Shown: piece by piece, positions 63,398 to 64,000 of the stretch
Layout: each line of letters opens with the position of its first letter
Position numbering within the stretch: position 1 is the stretch's first letter
Sequence record: OP745617
DNA: 64,000 bases
From: Escherichia phage F13
Direction: 5' to 3' (one strand)
The notes under the pieces: generated by a model
Database searches by the model: none
Seen by the model: only the letters and a program-made list of their open reading frames with translations
Told to the model about the DNA's origin: nothing
Program-made: the position numbers and the translations under genes

Positions 63398-63549
63398 ATA
63401 AATATCAATTTAACGATAATAAAATCAGTAAGGCAGACGCAATCAAGCAGCTTCGTCGCGTACTTGAAGCCAGCGGTCACACGAAAGAGCGTGCACGCGT
63501 CCTGGCCAAAGAGCATTATAAACGTTTTGTGTCACAAATCAGAGGTTAA
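63394..63549 (+). CDS. small hypothetical protein (51 aa, GTG start)
   Basis: GTGA overlap with previous stop. Confidence 0.3.
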   Translation: MNKYQFNDNKISKADAIKQLRRVLEASGHTKERARVLAKEHYKRFVSQIRG

Positions 63550-63551
63550 TT

Positions 63552-64000
63552 ATGATCATCCATCGCCCTTTAATGTTAAGTAAAACAGAAGCAGCAATTA
63601 TTTTAGCGGCAGCAAGTCAATGTAACGTTCCAATTCCATTAAGGATGAAAATAAATAAATTCATCGACAGCGAGTTTGCAGATGTTGAGTCATTCGATAT
63701 TTTACCGCCAACCAAAAGGCATGTTGAAAGACTTGTACATCACCAATCACGTTGCGCAAAAGTTCCTATTCAAACTTATGTTGATAAAAAGCCGCGCCTT
63801 AAACCTGTTCCGGCTGATAAGATAGAAGTTGGTGACGTTATTGTTTGCGTATATTACGGCAGTCAGATTTTCAATGCTGTTGTAGTAAGGCGATACAGCA
63901 TGAACGGTTGCCAATACATGGAAGTGACGAACGCAAAGAAAGAACCTGGCAGCTTGAACGTGGCTTACGCATTAAGGGAATTCAGCAGTCCTTCTTGCAC
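63552..64000 (+). CDS. hypothetical protein, 5' part (runs off the window end)
   Basis: AGAGG RBS 6 nt upstream of ATG 63552; open frame to the window edge. Confidence 0.4.
   Translation, partial: MIIHRPLMLSKTEAAIILAAASQCNVPIPLRMKINKFIDSEFADVESFDILPPTKRHVERLVHHQSRCAKVPIQTYVDKKPRLKPVPADKIEVGDVIVCVYYGSQIFNAVVVRRYSMNGCQYMEVTNAKKEPGSLNVAYALREFSSPSC

Noticed and set aside
1-64000. Lysogeny module (integrase, CI-like repressor, excisionase, attP)
   Set aside because: No tyrosine or serine recombinase motifs or repressor-like helix-turn-helix gene recognised; the window looks like a lytic phage, though regions I could not classify might hide small regulators

Overview
The window reads as about 64 kb of a gene-dense, apparently virulent tailed dsDNA phage genome; both window edges cut through genes, and I saw no integrase, repressor, tRNA, rRNA or CRISPR array. 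All functional calls come from motifs recognised by eye in the supplied translations and DNA; no database search or computation was run, and coordinates of non-ORF features are hand-counted (expect +/- a few bp). Layout: (1) 1-7.7 kb early/accessory region with small hypothetical genes, a TerS-like gene, a family of paralogous ~95-aa proteins behind near-identical sigma70-type promoter plus 5' UTR hairpin cassettes, a perfect 303-bp tandem duplication, and a strand-biased AATTTGCACTAT motif family; (2) 7.7-11.3 kb minus-strand block with a tail fibre carrying a C-terminal intramolecular-chaperone domain plus membrane proteins; (3) 11.4-40 kb plus-strand morphogenesis module: large terminase, portal with a pyrophosphatase-like C-terminus, MuF-like, scaffold-like, capsid, sheath-like, two paralogous tube-like proteins, tape measure with lytic transglycosylase domain, baseplate proteins, HxH-repeat tail fibre, GH19 endolysin; (4) 40-57.6 kb minus-strand replication and nucleotide-metabolism module: ATP-dependent DNA ligase, Rz/Rz1-like spanins, SNF2 helicase, VRR-NUC, DnaE-type Pol III alpha, DnaQ-like exonuclease, a VOC/SDR/HAD/ThyX-like/FAD enzyme cluster, Dda-like helicase; (5) 57.7-64 kb plus-strand AEP-type primase, VirE/SF3-helicase-like protein and small genes. 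The best candidates for something undescribed are the VOC-SDR-HAD-ThyX-like-FAD cluster (the ThyX-like protein has RTR in place of the canonical RHR motif and a Cys/His-rich tail), which may be a nucleotide-modification pathway, and two homologous ~300-bp elements (1.54-1.99 kb and 18.05-18.35 kb) with an AT-rich core flanked by inverted GGATGATACGG repeats. The repeated early promoter cassettes with their small paralogous genes, and the pyrophosphatase-like domain on the portal ORF, are also worth follow-up.
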